Positions 29,859 through 40,302 of a stretch of DNA of 64,000 nucleotides are shown here, piece after piece (the first letter of the stretch is position 1; each line of letters begins with the position of its first letter). The notes under the pieces were generated by a model. That model was not told the DNA's origin. It saw nothing but the letters and a program-made list of their open reading frames with translations, and searched no databases. This stretch comes from Thermoplasmatota archaeon (GTDB lineage Archaea > Thermoplasmatota > Penumbrarchaeia > Penumbrarchaeales > Penumbrarchaeaceae). Where the stretch lies: positions 39,954 through 103,953 of the forward strand of contig CBDDUX010000002.1 of the NCBI GenBank assembly GCA_965234725.1, in the 5' to 3' direction. A program made the position numbers and the translations under genes.

Positions 29859-30742
29859 TTAGTCTTTGCATGGAAGACCTTTAACATATGATGGGGTCCG
29901 TATTTTTCCTTTGCTTTCCTCAGTCCTGCCACCCCCATGTCAGCTTCCCGGTTGATGAACTTGTATCTATCCTTAAGGATCATGGCCGTCTCGTTGTTTA
30001 TTACCTGGTATGATCCTAAGATCTCGAAATTGGCTTTCTCAAAGTGGACCACAGCGGTATCATCGGTCATCTTCTCGAAGAGTGAAAGAGCTTCGATCCT
30101 GTCTCCAATACGTATCGCTATACCTGAGACCCCAAGTTCTTCCATGTGCTCGAGAGAATACATGTTGGCCTGCCTTTCTGAAAGCAAGAAGGGTTCTTCT
30201 TTACACCCTTTCATCATACACCATCTTCTGAGAAAATCCTTTACTTCCTCTTTGTTCCCACCGTCTATCGGTTCAACCTGGTAATGGTTTTCCCTTCGGA
30301 ACTTGTTGAGGTAGTTCCTGATCTTGAGGTATCTCTTCCCCGGAAGGTCAGCCAGATCAGATGAGCTGTAAACGTATTCGAAATAATCCCTGTGAGGTGT
30401 GTATTCAAGTTCGGAAAATTCCTCCGACATCCAATCATAGGTCCTCTGACCGATCATTGAAAGAACAGGTTCCAAACCTTTCAAACCTGTCATTTCCATT
30501 ACTTTCAAGAACTTCTCCCTTGAGAATTCTCCTATTGGAGGTCTGATCCTTTTTACACCCTCCAGTACAGTGATCAAGATGATGCAATCATCCATCCAGG
30601 CATACAGGTAATCCATATAATGTGACCATGACATCATATCCGAATGCATATAGTCGGAATGTTCCAAAGGGTACCTCTCATATTGTCTTCTGAACATGTC
30701 CATATCTTCCAGGTCCACCTTCTCGAATTCCTCCAATCTCAT
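29837..30742 (-). CDS. Stand-alone DUF2156 (aminoacyl-tRNA-dependent transferase GNAT-like domain) protein
   Basis: 'YVYSSSDLADLPGKRY.K.RN..N.F', 'VVHFEKA', 'INREADMGVAGLRKAK..Y.P'. Confidence 0.85.
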   Translation of the reverse strand: MRLEEFEKVDLEDMDMFRRQYERYPLEHSDYMHSDMMSWSHYMDYLYAWMDDCIILITVLEGVKRIRPPIGEFSREKFLKVMEMTGLKGLEPVLSMIGQRTYDWMSEEFSELEYTPHRDYFEYVYSSSDLADLPGKRYLKIRNYLNKFRRENHYQVEPIDGGNKEEVKDFLRRWCMMKGCKEEPFLLSERQANMYSLEHMEELGVSGIAIRIGDRIEALSLFEKMTDDTAVVHFEKANFEILGSYQVINNETAMILKDRYKFINREADMGVAGLRKAKEKYGPHHMLKVFHAKTNYSFSSE

Positions 30743-31248
30743 TTCTCATTCCCCTCATTTCGAAGAAGCATGGGTGTACCATTAAAGGTCCTGAATCCAA
30801 GTGGTTCATAAAAACCCATTGTATCCCTTTCCGCTATAAGGCCGATCCAGGACAGACCGGATCCCCTGGCATATTTCACAAGCTCTGATATGATACACTT
30901 ACCTATACCTTCTCCCCTCCTGTCAGGGAAGACAACAACGTCCTGTATGTAAGCATCGCTCACCCCATCCGAGATGGTCCTTCCCATACCAACGGCTCTT
31001 TTTAAGATCGTGTCATATGCGACCACGAAATCAAAGGACCCTCTTATGAGGGGTCCGATGCCCGTGTGATCATACTCATCCCTCCACCATGATCCTGCCT
31101 TATATAGGTCAATGATCTCTGATGTTTCCCATTCCTTGACATGTCTGTAATCTATTGAGATAATGACCACCCCTTTGGAAGAAAACCCTCTGTTTTTTAG
31201 GGAAACAACCAAATTCATGTAAGTATATCGGTAGACTGGTCTTTTCAC
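30739..31248 (-). CDS. GNAT-family N-acetyltransferase (true start probably further 3')
   Basis: 'GMGRTISDGVSDAYIQDVVV.PDRRGEGIGK', 'FYEPLGF'. Confidence 0.88.
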   Translation of the reverse strand: MKRPVYRYTYMNLVVSLKNRGFSSKGVVIISIDYRHVKEWETSEIIDLYKAGSWWRDEYDHTGIGPLIRGSFDFVVAYDTILKRAVGMGRTISDGVSDAYIQDVVVFPDRRGEGIGKCIISELVKYARGSGLSWIGLIAERDTMGFYEPLGFRTFNGTPMLLRNEGNEK

Positions 31249-31284
31249 GGAAAAGGTTTTCTCCTATCTGACCAATATGCCGAT

Positions 31285-32238
31285 ATGGGAAGATCGGGAT
31301 CATTTCTCATAGTTTTTTTTGTATCTATTATATTCTTCTCACTCCCTTTTATTAGGGGACAGGTCATGGATGATCCCGGAGAAGTTGATCACACCAGAGC
31401 TCCAGGAGAACAGTTGTATCCGGCTCCAAGCGTTACCCTATCCTTCAGCCAGGACGAGTACGATCTGAACCCCGATCCTATCTCTGGCGGCGATACAAGG
31501 ATATTGGGAACTGTCACATGCATCATACCCGACGTAGTGCCACCAACTATCCTTTGCCAGGTGACTCTCTCCCTTTTCTCTAATCTTGCACAGAATTCAG
31601 ACATCGAGGAATTGTATTTCAATAAGGATGACCCAACAATGGGATTCGATATGAATATCTGGGTCCTAACCGATCTTGTAGGCGATACCAGGATCGATCT
31701 GGATGTTGAACTTAGGTGGGAGTACTACCAGACTGGTCAGGGGAGCGGTTATCCCGACCATTATTTCACGGTTATCTACATCCCACCTTTTGGATATATC
31801 GACATGACCAATGTAATGGATTACGAAGAGATCGAAATTGAAGTTGGTAATTGGGAAACAGTTGTTTTCGAGATCTACAATCATCGCAATATGGCGGTTG
31901 ACCTAGTATTGGAAGCCAGAAAGATACCTCCGGGATTGGAAGTGATTCTCGAAGAAGAAAGCTTACATATAGTCTCTTACCAAACAAAGCTGGTAAAGGT
32001 GAGGATGAGACAATCAGGAGGAGATGGACAAGAAAGTGATCTTGTAATGAGATTGGAAAGTGAGGTACCGGGAGAAATCCCTCCCCGGGACTTTTCCTTC
32101 CATGTAAAGACCCACTCGGAACCAGATCCATTCAGACCGGGAATTTCTGAGATAATGATGGGAATATCCTTCTTGATATTCATCATCTTGATAACAGCCT
32201 TCATACTTATCCTTAGAAAGAGACGGAACAACCTCTGA
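31285..32238 (+). CDS. Secreted beta-rich protein with C-terminal membrane anchor (similar architecture to 25457-26404)
   Basis: Signal peptide; 'VGNWETVVFEIYN' resembles 'VGEWRTVTLTIKN'; TM plus RKRR tail. Confidence 0.7.
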   Translation: MGRSGSFLIVFFVSIIFFSLPFIRGQVMDDPGEVDHTRAPGEQLYPAPSVTLSFSQDEYDLNPDPISGGDTRILGTVTCIIPDVVPPTILCQVTLSLFSNLAQNSDIEELYFNKDDPTMGFDMNIWVLTDLVGDTRIDLDVELRWEYYQTGQGSGYPDHYFTVIYIPPFGYIDMTNVMDYEEIEIEVGNWETVVFEIYNHRNMAVDLVLEARKIPPGLEVILEEESLHIVSYQTKLVKVRMRQSGGDGQESDLVMRLESEVPGEIPPRDFSFHVKTHSEPDPFRPGISEIMMGISFLIFIILITAFILILRKRRNNL

Positions 32239-32388
32239 TATTCAGTATCATTTTCAATAGGTCCAAGGCATAGTTATTTATATATCCGTGATGCGGTTAT
32301 AGATGTTGTACAGTGGGATGGGATCACTTGCAGATAGGACCTTAGATATTCCGTAATGAGAGCTATTTGACATTAGCGAGGTGACCGG

Positions 32389-35300
32389 ATGTATCTGAAA
32401 GAGATAAGTATGGAGAATTTCAAGACCTTCAGAAAGAAGGTCACCATCCCTATCTATAACGGATTTACAGGAATTACCGGTCCAAACGGTTCTGGCAAGT
32501 CAAATGTTGCTGATGCCATACTTTTCGTTCTCGGACCTCGTTCATCTAAAACTGTAAGGGCCAAGAGATTGTCGGACCTAATATTCCATGGAAATGATAA
32601 ATGGAAACCCGCAAAGGAATGTAAGGTCACTTTGGTGTTTGATAATGGTGATAGGACCATTCCAGTAGATAGGGATGAGGTGTCATTGAAAAGGATTATA
32701 CGAATATCAACCACCGATCCGGATTCCACACTTAGTTATTTTTATGTCAATAATAAACCCTCTTCCCAGGCGGAATTCGAGAATATTCTGACCCATGCAC
32801 ACCTCTCCGCTGAGGGGTACAACATAGTCCTTCAAGGACATATCTCAGAATTCATAAACAAAACCCCGGTAAAGATCAGGGAAGAGATTGACGATATCGC
32901 TGGGATAAGGAAGTATGACGAGGAGATAAGGGTTGCTCTGAAGAAAAAAGAGGTGACCGAGTCCAACATGGAAAAGATAGGATGGCATCTGGACTTTATC
33001 AAAGGAAGGCTAAGAGAATTGAGGAAGGAAAAGGAGGAGGCGGAAAGGTTCAGGGAAGCACAGGAAAGGATCAACCAAAGCAAGGCTCTACTTTTTACCG
33101 TCCAAAAAGAGGCTGTTGAGGGGGAGTTGAATAGTTACAATAAAGCCATCAAAAATGCAGAGGCTCGAAAAATTGAACTCAGAGCAGATTTGGACCGTCT
33201 CGAGTCCGAGAGGATCAGGTCAGAGAAGGAATCAAGAGAGGTAGAACAAAGGATCGCCGACATCACTGGAGAAGAAGGACAAAGATTGAAGTTGAAACTG
33301 GACGAGGCCAGACTCGAGATGATGAGGGCGAAGGATATTGTCGAGACAGCTGAAGATGCATTGATCGATCTTGAAAGGGAGAAAGGGATCCGTGAAGGTG
33401 AGATAAAGGATATATCAAAAAAGATAACAGCCCTTGCGAAGGAACAGGAGTCGGCTGAGGTGTCACTCAAAGACCTTAATAGTAAGGTCCTCAAGAAAAA
33501 AGGTGAGATGAACGATCTCGAGACCGAGCTCGAAAGATCGGATATGGCACTCCTTGATATGAGGAGAGACCTGGGAAAGATCTCAAAGGAATTGGAATCC
33601 CTCAGAGAAGAGAGGTCGGAGAGGATCATTGAACGTGGACGGGCGAATGCCCTTCTGGAAGCAAAGAACACTACAATAGCTGACCTCCAGCAGATGGTCT
33701 CCACACTCGATTATGAGATAAAGGACATGACCGATCAAATGAAGGAAATGGACAGGGTATCCTCCGGAGATCGTGTAAAGAGGCTTCAGAAGGATTATAT
33801 GGAAGCAAGGAACGAGGAAAAGCACCTTGGGAAGAGAATGAGGGAACTGGAATCAGAGATCACTTCACTCAACAGGTTATATACACAGATGAAGGTGGAA
33901 CTGGAGACCTCCGAGAAATTGTCCAAAGGTGTGAACATGGCAGTTGAGGATATTCTGACTGCCAGGGATAAGGGCGAGATAAGAGGCATTATTGGAACCA
34001 TCGGCGAACTCGGAAACGTTCCTCAGGAATATTCTACCGCTCTTGAAGTTGCTGCAGGGGGGCGTATATCATCCATAGTTGTTGAGGATGATGAGGTTGT
34101 TTCCAGATGTATTGAGAGGTTGAAAAGGAAGAAAATGGGAAGGGCCACTTTCCTTCCGCTTTCAAAATTATCCACCCGGCGACCAGGAGCAAAATCTCTC
34201 ATGATAAAGGATGATCCTCACGTTCTTGGTCTTGCCGTGGATCTTGTTGAGTTCGATGAACAATACCGTTCAGCTTTCCTGTGGACATTTGGTGATACGG
34301 TAGTCGTTGATAAACTGGATTCTCTAAGAAGGTTGATGGGGGGAGTTAGGTTAGTAACTCTCGATGGAGAGATCGCCGGATCCGGAGGGGACATCACCGG
34401 AGGGTCCATGTCAAGGAGAAAGGGCAGGTCGGATGGTTTCGGTAGGAGGTCAGCATCAGAGCTTGAATCCGTATCGGCAAAACTCAAGGAACGGATGCAG
34501 GAGTCCGAATCCCTGACTGGTGCATTGAACGAGATAAGGGAAAAAGTGAACACCCTGGAAAAGGAGTTAAGGAAGATCACTGGGGATCAGATGGATATTG
34601 AATCCAGAAGGAAGAGGAATTCGGAGATATTGAAGCAGTCAAAGGAACAGATCGAGGAGAAATCCTCCATTCTCGATGAATCCACTAAAGAGGTCAAGAG
34701 ATTGGAGAATGCAGTGTTGGAACATGATGGCAGGATTAGGGAGATGGATGATGTCATCTCTAAGAAGACTGTAGAGCGCGATGACCTCCAGGAAAGATTG
34801 GATAGGGCAACTCCGAAAGCTGTGAGGGATAGGATCAAAGATCTCAGAGCCATTGCCACCACTCTTGAAGAAGATATCAAGAAGTTGGAGACCTCCAGGG
34901 ACGATTCCAGGACCCAGATAAAGATCTTCCAGGAGAGGTCAACGGATATGACCTCAAGACTAACAGATATCTCTGGCAACATGGAGAAGGTCCAACTGGA
35001 AAAGAAGGAAGCCATGGAAAGAGAAGTGAGATTCAGCACAGAGGTCAAAGCCCTTGAAAAGGTCCTTACATCGATCGATGCGAAGACCAAGGGATTGTAC
35101 GACAGGCTAAACCAGCTGGGACGGGATGTTGAGAGGATCCTTGGTTTGAGGGAGAGATCAAGATCAGAGGCCCAAACTCAAGACCAGATCATAATTACAC
35201 AGAGGACCAATATTAGAATAGCCGAGGAGAAGCTGGCAGACATTCTGAGGGAACTTCAAAACCACACTGATATCGCACTTCCTGAAAGACCATGGCCGTC

Positions 35301-36015
35301 TGATAGGGAACTGCAAAGGACAGTCAGAGAACTGGAATCCATTTTGGAAAATGTTGGTAATGTCAATCTGAAAGCCCTTGAGGAATACGATGAGATGGAA
35401 AGGAGAAAGGAGGAGGTATCTTCAGAGGTAAAGGCCCTTGAGAAAGAGAAGAGGGAGCTTGAAGGTCTTATCAATGAGATAAATGACAAGCGTAAGACCG
35501 AATTCCTCCATGTTTTCAAAGGGGTCGATCAGAATTTCAGGGAGATATACAAGCTTGTTTCCGGTGGTGGTGAGGCATGTTTCGAACTGGAATATCCCGA
35601 TGATCCTTTGGCAGGAGGTTTGAACATTCATGTCAAACCACCAGGGAAGAAGATGACAAGGCTTGGAGCTCTTTCAGGTGGAGAAAAATCGTTGACCTCC
35701 ATGGCGTTTATATTTTCCGTTCAAGCCTGGGACCCATCACCTTTCTATTTGCTTGATGAGGTAGACCAGAACCTCGATGCGGTCAATGCGGAGATAATTG
35801 CAAAAATGGTCAGGGAAAATGCAACGTTTGCTCAGTTCGTAATGATCTCTTTGAGGAAGATAAGTTTAAAAGAGTCTCATCACCTTTATGGGGTTACCCT
35901 CCAGAATGGAGAATCTGTGATCCTTGGAAGAGTAGATCTCAAGGAAGTGGAGAAGTATGAGAAAGGGACCGTTGCTGATCAGGGAAGCCCTACCCAGGAA
36001 GGTGAAGCCGCATGA
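32389..36015 (+). CDS. smc: Chromosome segregation protein SMC
   Basis: GPNGSGKSN, hinge 'GRATFLPL...VTLDGE....GDITGG', LSGGEKS, LLDEVDQNLD, long coiled coils. Confidence 0.97.
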   Translation: MYLKEISMENFKTFRKKVTIPIYNGFTGITGPNGSGKSNVADAILFVLGPRSSKTVRAKRLSDLIFHGNDKWKPAKECKVTLVFDNGDRTIPVDRDEVSLKRIIRISTTDPDSTLSYFYVNNKPSSQAEFENILTHAHLSAEGYNIVLQGHISEFINKTPVKIREEIDDIAGIRKYDEEIRVALKKKEVTESNMEKIGWHLDFIKGRLRELRKEKEEAERFREAQERINQSKALLFTVQKEAVEGELNSYNKAIKNAEARKIELRADLDRLESERIRSEKESREVEQRIADITGEEGQRLKLKLDEARLEMMRAKDIVETAEDALIDLEREKGIREGEIKDISKKITALAKEQESAEVSLKDLNSKVLKKKGEMNDLETELERSDMALLDMRRDLGKISKELESLREERSERIIERGRANALLEAKNTTIADLQQMVSTLDYEIKDMTDQMKEMDRVSSGDRVKRLQKDYMEARNEEKHLGKRMRELESEITSLNRLYTQMKVELETSEKLSKGVNMAVEDILTARDKGEIRGIIGTIGELGNVPQEYSTALEVAAGGRISSIVVEDDEVVSRCIERLKRKKMGRATFLPLSKLSTRRPGAKSLMIKDDPHVLGLAVDLVEFDEQYRSAFLWTFGDTVVVDKLDSLRRLMGGVRLVTLDGEIAGSGGDITGGSMSRRKGRSDGFGRRSASELESVSAKLKERMQESESLTGALNEIREKVNTLEKELRKITGDQMDIESRRKRNSEILKQSKEQIEEKSSILDESTKEVKRLENAVLEHDGRIREMDDVISKKTVERDDLQERLDRATPKAVRDRIKDLRAIATTLEEDIKKLETSRDDSRTQIKIFQERSTDMTSRLTDISGNMEKVQLEKKEAMEREVRFSTEVKALEKVLTSIDAKTKGLYDRLNQLGRDVERILGLRERSRSEAQTQDQIIITQRTNIRIAEEKLADILRELQNHTDIALPERPWPSDRELQRTVRELESILENVGNVNLKALEEYDEMERRKEEVSSEVKALEKEKRELEGLINEINDKRKTEFLHVFKGVDQNFREIYKLVSGGGEACFELEYPDDPLAGGLNIHVKPPGKKMTRLGALSGGEKSLTSMAFIFSVQAWDPSPFYLLDEVDQNLDAVNAEIIAKMVRENATFAQFVMISLRKISLKESHHLYGVTLQNGESVILGRVDLKEVEKYEKGTVADQGSPTQEGEAA

Positions 36016-37031
36016 TCCCTGAGGCCGCGACCAGACAATTATCTCTGGATATCGAGGAAGAGGTTTTCAGACACCTTATGTTCCATAAATCACTGATCGA
36101 TGATTCAAATGAGGATATGTACTCCAGACTTGACACCTATCTGGGTGTAATGTCTCAACTCAAGGAGGGTGTCCATGTCACTATTAAGGACTCCTATTCA
36201 CGGTCAATAGCAATGGTCCTCGAACTTGCAACCGAAGAATACCTGGACCCATGGGATGTGGACCTCGTAAGATTCTGCAGGATGTTCCTGAAGAAACTTG
36301 AAAAGGAGGATAGATTGAACCTGGTTGTGATCGGCAAGCTGATCAGAATGGCATATACAGTTCATATGTTAAAGAGCGCCACTACGCTAAAAAAAGCCGA
36401 GATGGTCCCCCAGGAGGAGGAGGTGGATGAGGATCCATTCTATGACTGGATGGAGGATGATGAGACCTTCAAAGTTACAAGAGGGATCCTTGGAAATAAG
36501 CACTCACCAATATCCGAATCCATAATACACAAGGGAGATCGACCGGTTACCCTGGTGGACCTACTGAACGCCCTTGAGGACGTCCAGGATGAGGTACAGG
36601 TCATTCAGGAGGATAGAAGAAGAAGAGTTGAGAACCGTAAGATGCAGGATGTTACCAACCGGTCAAACATCAATCAGAAGGTTTTCAAGGAGAACACGGA
36701 AGAAGAGATTAGACTTACCTGGCAGAGGATCAACAAGTTCAATGGTCATCCCATCCCTTTCTCTACCCTTGAAGAAGGATTTGAACTTGATGCCAGTTCT
36801 GTTTTCATATCTCTTCTTTTCCTTGCTTACAATAGTATGATCAAGGTTTGGCAGAGGTCCTTTCCAGTTGGGGAAATAATGGTCAAGAACATTGGAAGGG
36901 ACATAGAGGGTCTCAAATTTGGCGATCTCGATACAAATGAGGAAAAGGCAAGGGATGGAGAGACAAACTTGGAGAGATCCATTGAGCTTATTGTGGAAGA
37001 GAAACCCATTCCGCCAAATTGGAATACCTGA
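36012..37031 (+). CDS. scpA: Segregation and condensation protein A (kleisin)
   Basis: 'LDPWDVDLV', 'RPVTLVDLLNAL', 'FISLLFLA....IKVWQ..F'. Overlaps the smc stop. Confidence 0.88.
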   Translation: MIPEAATRQLSLDIEEEVFRHLMFHKSLIDDSNEDMYSRLDTYLGVMSQLKEGVHVTIKDSYSRSIAMVLELATEEYLDPWDVDLVRFCRMFLKKLEKEDRLNLVVIGKLIRMAYTVHMLKSATTLKKAEMVPQEEEVDEDPFYDWMEDDETFKVTRGILGNKHSPISESIIHKGDRPVTLVDLLNALEDVQDEVQVIQEDRRRRVENRKMQDVTNRSNINQKVFKENTEEEIRLTWQRINKFNGHPIPFSTLEEGFELDASSVFISLLFLAYNSMIKVWQRSFPVGEIMVKNIGRDIEGLKFGDLDTNEEKARDGETNLERSIELIVEEKPIPPNWNT

Positions 37032-37044
37032 AGGAGGTAGGATT

Positions 37045-37698
37045 TTGGAGGGGGAACAAGAGAAAGATCCGCGAGAAGTAATTGATGAGAAGGGACCATT
37101 GGAGGAACTTCCCTCCCACCTCCTCATTGAGGCAGCTCTTTTCTCAGCAGGGAAACCTGTTTCTCTTGATGAGATCTCCATTTCCACCGGTATTGATGCA
37201 CCCCTCGTTTCACTTTACATCAAGAAACTGATATCATCCTATGCCAGAAGGGACACCTCGCTTGAGGTAATCAAGGCTGGAAAGAAGTATTCCCTCAGGA
37301 TCAGGGAACCCTACGTGGAGAGGATCTCTGCTCTTGCACAACCTGAAGTTAATCCGAAGCTCCTAAAGACAGCTGCTCTCATAGCATATCATCAGCCAAT
37401 GAAACAATCAGAACTTGTTGAGATGTACGGGTCCAAGATATACGATCATGTGAAAGAACTCATAGCCATTGGTCTGGTCAGGGCCAGAAAAGATGGCTCT
37501 ACCAAGATATTGACAACGACCCACAAATTCTCAGAGGTTTTCGGAATATCCTCCATCTCCAAGAAGAAGGTCAAGGACCATGTGAAGGAAAGGGTCCTTG
37601 ACCGGATCTCCAAAATGACTCTTGAGGGATATGATGAAGAGGTGGAGGAGGAAGAAGATGAGGAAGGGATCATCAAGGAAGATCAGGATGTGGAATGA
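37045..37698 (+). CDS. scpB: Segregation and condensation protein B (TTG start at 37045 preferred)
   Basis: IEAALFSAGKPV, LKTAALIAYHQP, TT.KF.E.FG. SD GGAGGT at 37033-37038. Confidence 0.92.
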   Translation: MEGEQEKDPREVIDEKGPLEELPSHLLIEAALFSAGKPVSLDEISISTGIDAPLVSLYIKKLISSYARRDTSLEVIKAGKKYSLRIREPYVERISALAQPEVNPKLLKTAALIAYHQPMKQSELVEMYGSKIYDHVKELIAIGLVRARKDGSTKILTTTHKFSEVFGISSISKKKVKDHVKERVLDRISKMTLEGYDEEVEEEEDEEGIIKEDQDVE

Positions 37699-37724
37699 GG
37701 ATACATTGATCCAATGTTAAGATA

Positions 37725-38525
37725 TCAAATGAGATCAATTATTGCCCCACCACCCATATATAATGCTATCAGGAAAAGGAAGGATGAAAGGATATAAAGG
37801 AGAAGCTGTCCATTAAGTTTCTTCACAATAATGGATCCCAGCTGAGCCCCGATAATTGCACCAAGGGCAAGAGGGAGGGCTATCCATGGATCGAAGGATA
37901 ACCTTGATATGATCACCACTCTAAAACCTGTCAGTATCATCAAAAGGAACATTGATGTTGCAATGGCCCTTTTCACATCCATTTTAAGAAGACCTACCTG
38001 AAGAGGCATGAAGATCGCGCCTCCACCAATACCAAATGCAGAGGAGGCGATCCCGGCTAGGAATGAGAGGGGCATTGAGATGTAGGGTATCATAACTCTT
38101 TTTTCTGTATCTCCTTGAGCATCATTCTTTTGATTTTTCTTCTGTTTCTTCCTTGACCTTGAAATAAGAATGTAAGTTGTAACGGAAAGCAGGAGGATTG
38201 AGAAAATGAGATCAAAAGTAGAAGCTTTCAAGTACCGCAAGAGGACATATCCAACATAAAGGGCTGGAACTGCTGTAATTGCGAGCATTCCAGCTACCGG
38301 AAGGTCCACCATCTTAGACCTTAGATAGGACACAGAAGATGAGGTTGAATTCGCAAGGATCATTGTTAATGAAATTAGGACAGCATCTTCCCTTCCAAGG
38401 TTCCATGCCAAAAGGAGGAATGGGACACAGAGAAACCCTCCTCCAAGGCCGGTCATAGCTCCCAAACAGGCGATCAATACCCCTGCAAGAAGGAGTACAC
38501 TCAGAGAGATCGGATCAAAGGCCAC
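37725..38525 (-). CDS. Sulfite exporter TauE/SafE (TSUP) family membrane protein
   Basis: Duplicated GLGGG / GIGGG motifs, 'AIATS', multiple TM helices. Confidence 0.9.
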   Translation of the reverse strand: MAFDPISLSVLLLAGVLIACLGAMTGLGGGFLCVPFLLLAWNLGREDAVLISLTMILANSTSSSVSYLRSKMVDLPVAGMLAITAVPALYVGYVLLRYLKASTFDLIFSILLLSVTTYILISRSRKKQKKNQKNDAQGDTEKRVMIPYISMPLSFLAGIASSAFGIGGGAIFMPLQVGLLKMDVKRAIATSMFLLMILTGFRVVIISRLSFDPWIALPLALGAIIGAQLGSIIVKKLNGQLLLYILSSFLFLIALYMGGGAIIDLI

Positions 38526-38666
38526 GATCGGATAATTATGACATCTGATTTATTGATTGGGTTATGATCTTGATTTCCTTGTGTGGGAATGGGAGGGGAA
38601 GATTTACTAATATCCTTGAGAGATTGATAAGAAGGAAATGATCGGGTTAAATTGGAGGACCTCCAC

Positions 38667-39392
38667 ATGTCCATGGAAAATGAGAAAGTAAAGCCGAACA
38701 GCGATGACAGGAAGACCAGGATATTGATGACCCTTCTATCGCATGATATTAACAATCACATATACGGTTCCATGGGATATCTTGAACTAGCTCTTTCCAT
38801 GGTCAAGGATGATCCAACACTTACCAGGTATCTTTCCAATTCCATGTCTGAAATGAAATCCATCTCACATCTGGTGGATAATGTCAGATTATTGGTGAAC
38901 CTTTCAGATGAGAAGTTTGTGGGAGAACCTGTTGACCTTTATCGGACCTTGAGAAAGGCCTCAGAATCTGCGGTTTACCAGATAGATACAAAACAGCTTG
39001 ACCTGGATCTTGATTTTAATGAAGGGGAATGTATAGTGAAGGCAGACAGGTTCCTTCTTGATGTGTTCATTCAACTTCTCATGAACTCAATGAAATACAG
39101 CAAAGAATCAAGGGCAACCGTCAAGATAGATACAAGCAATAAAGATGAAATGGTCCGATTGGTCTATGAGGATAATGGTAAGGGTATATCCGATAGTCTG
39201 AAGGACAAGGTTTTCACCAGATTTGACAATTCCATAACAATGGGAAATGTTCAGGGTAAGGGTATGGGTCTATCTGTCGTCAGCTCGGTTATCGGTCGAT
39301 ATGGTGGTAATATAGAACTTGAAGATGTTATGAAGGATGAAAAGGTAGTGGGAACAAGGTTCAATATGGAGATCCCGGCTTGGGAAAAATAG
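38667..39392 (+). CDS. Histidine kinase with only HisKA and HATPase domains (no sensor domain)
   Basis: H-box LSHDINN, N-box QLLMNSMKYS, DNGKGI, F.RF, GKGMGLS. Confidence 0.9.
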   Translation: MSMENEKVKPNSDDRKTRILMTLLSHDINNHIYGSMGYLELALSMVKDDPTLTRYLSNSMSEMKSISHLVDNVRLLVNLSDEKFVGEPVDLYRTLRKASESAVYQIDTKQLDLDLDFNEGECIVKADRFLLDVFIQLLMNSMKYSKESRATVKIDTSNKDEMVRLVYEDNGKGISDSLKDKVFTRFDNSITMGNVQGKGMGLSVVSSVIGRYGGNIELEDVMKDEKVVGTRFNMEIPAWEK

Positions 39393-39406
39393 GAGGCTGA
39401 AATCAA

Positions 39407-40237
39407 TTGGAGCTTTCCTCCCGTGAAAGTCTTCTAAGGAAGGTTATTGTCAGATTTCGCCATAAGGCTGGAAAGAATGGTCAGCTATTCCCTCAGCGGT
39501 CATGGATGTCAGGTCTTTTGATCCTGTCATCGCATAGGATCATCCTTGCTTCAGGTCCTTTCCAGGAGATCATACCTTATTCAAATCTGCTATCCATTGA
39601 GAATGATGGCAGCTTTCCATTGCCGGATGAAGGAAATTCAAAAGTGGTCCCTCTTGTTCATTCCAACGGGATCGACGCTTTTCTTACAGTAGTGGGTGTT
39701 TCACCATCTGTCGAAAACGCGATAACCAGAGATATCTACGAACAAGTATGCAATTTCTTCAAGGGCTGTATGCTCGTCAAGGATGGAGTTGAATTACCCA
39801 TGAACTTTCAACAAATGGAAACAGGGATCGGGGTAAATGGTCTTGGGGGAGTTTCGTTCATAATTGACAGTGATACATTAGTGGAGAGGTCCGTTCAAGG
39901 ATCCGAGGATATTTGGGATTTCAAAATAGAAGGAAAGGAGAAATTTCAGCTAAAGGCCCATCCGATCCTGGGGAGATGGCTGGAGATGTTCATGGACCAT
40001 TATTTTAATAGAGGTCAGGAGACCATCGAAGAGAGGTATCTGAAGGTCCTGAAATATCTTGATGAACATCCATCCTCTACAAGTGATCTGACAGACCATC
40101 TGGGTATGGTCTCTCTTGCGGCCTCAACTGTTCTGAATGAAATGGTCTTCCTCGGTTGGGTTGCTTTGGATCACGAAACCAAGCTCTACCATATCACACA
40201 AAGAGGATCTCAGGCCCTTTTGAAAAGCCTTTTTTAG
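39407..40237 (+). CDS. CheF-like (PH-fold) protein with C-terminal winged helix
   Basis: 'W..GLLILSSHRIILA.....IPYSNL..I' resembles the archaeal CheF N-terminus. C-terminal wHTH 'DLTDHLGM.......LNEMVFLGWV.......YHITQRG'. Confidence 0.5.
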   Translation: MELSSRESLLRKVIVRFRHKAGKNGQLFPQRSWMSGLLILSSHRIILASGPFQEIIPYSNLLSIENDGSFPLPDEGNSKVVPLVHSNGIDAFLTVVGVSPSVENAITRDIYEQVCNFFKGCMLVKDGVELPMNFQQMETGIGVNGLGGVSFIIDSDTLVERSVQGSEDIWDFKIEGKEKFQLKAHPILGRWLEMFMDHYFNRGQETIEERYLKVLKYLDEHPSSTSDLTDHLGMVSLAASTVLNEMVFLGWVALDHETKLYHITQRGSQALLKSLF

Positions 40238-40302
40238 TGGAAATTTTTCATACCCAAATTGACTCAGATGTTGATTTGATCTTGAGTGTTCCTTCTTGGT
40301 TA

